This document shows, piece after piece, positions 63,946 through 64,000 of a DNA stretch of 64,000 nt (position 1 is its first letter; every line of letters begins with the position of its first letter). The notes under the pieces were generated by a model. It saw only the letters and a list, made by a program, of their open reading frames with translations. It searched no databases and was not told the DNA's origin. A program made the position numbers and the translations under genes. The stretch is taken from the IMG/VR virus record IMGVR_UViG_3300042868_005134, positions 310,001 to 374,000 of that record. One strand, 5' to 3'.

Positions 63946-64000
63946 TTATTTCTTTTTGTCCTGAAGTTCACGTTCCAACCGTGCCATGGCAGTATAATCG

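Overview
A 64 kb segment of a large, AT-rich, T4-like/jumbo tailed phage (standard genetic code; host probably a proteobacterium, inferred from ErpA, ClpP, IF-1, RpoZ and TctA/TctC homologues and consensus sigma70 promoters). Almost all genes are on the minus strand. 1-14.4 kb: tail-fibre/baseplate genes. 14.4-45 kb: accessory genes (ErpA, UvsE, QueD, DNA ligase, ClpP, SPFH, IF-1, phosphoesterases, kinase, AAA ATPase, a modification-enzyme cassette) ending in a TROVE/Ro60-like (DUF2828-type) vWA gene. 45-55 kb: two arrays with about 42 tRNA genes covering all 20 amino acids, interleaved with many structured non-coding elements. 55.5-64 kb: a TctA/TctC + sulfotransferase-like/methyltransferase/2OG-oxygenase/di-iron/GATase/radical-SAM operon. 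Two linked observations stand out. (1) Three tandem sigma70 promoters, a 48-codon leader ORF using all 20 amino acids and 40 different codons, and a mutually exclusive antiterminator/terminator lie directly upstream of the 24-tRNA array. This is a candidate 'pan-codon' attenuator that would switch tRNAs on when a host tRNA fails. (2) Nine RNAs share a covarying terminal helix plus a CAGCA motif and are associated with the Ro60-like gene. They include a circularly permuted tRNA mimic, a CUA-loop tRNA-like RNA, mini-RNAs displaying Lys/Tyr anticodon stem-loops, and a copy abutting the Ro60-like gene's own ribosome-binding site. All structures were read by eye; no folding or database search was run.
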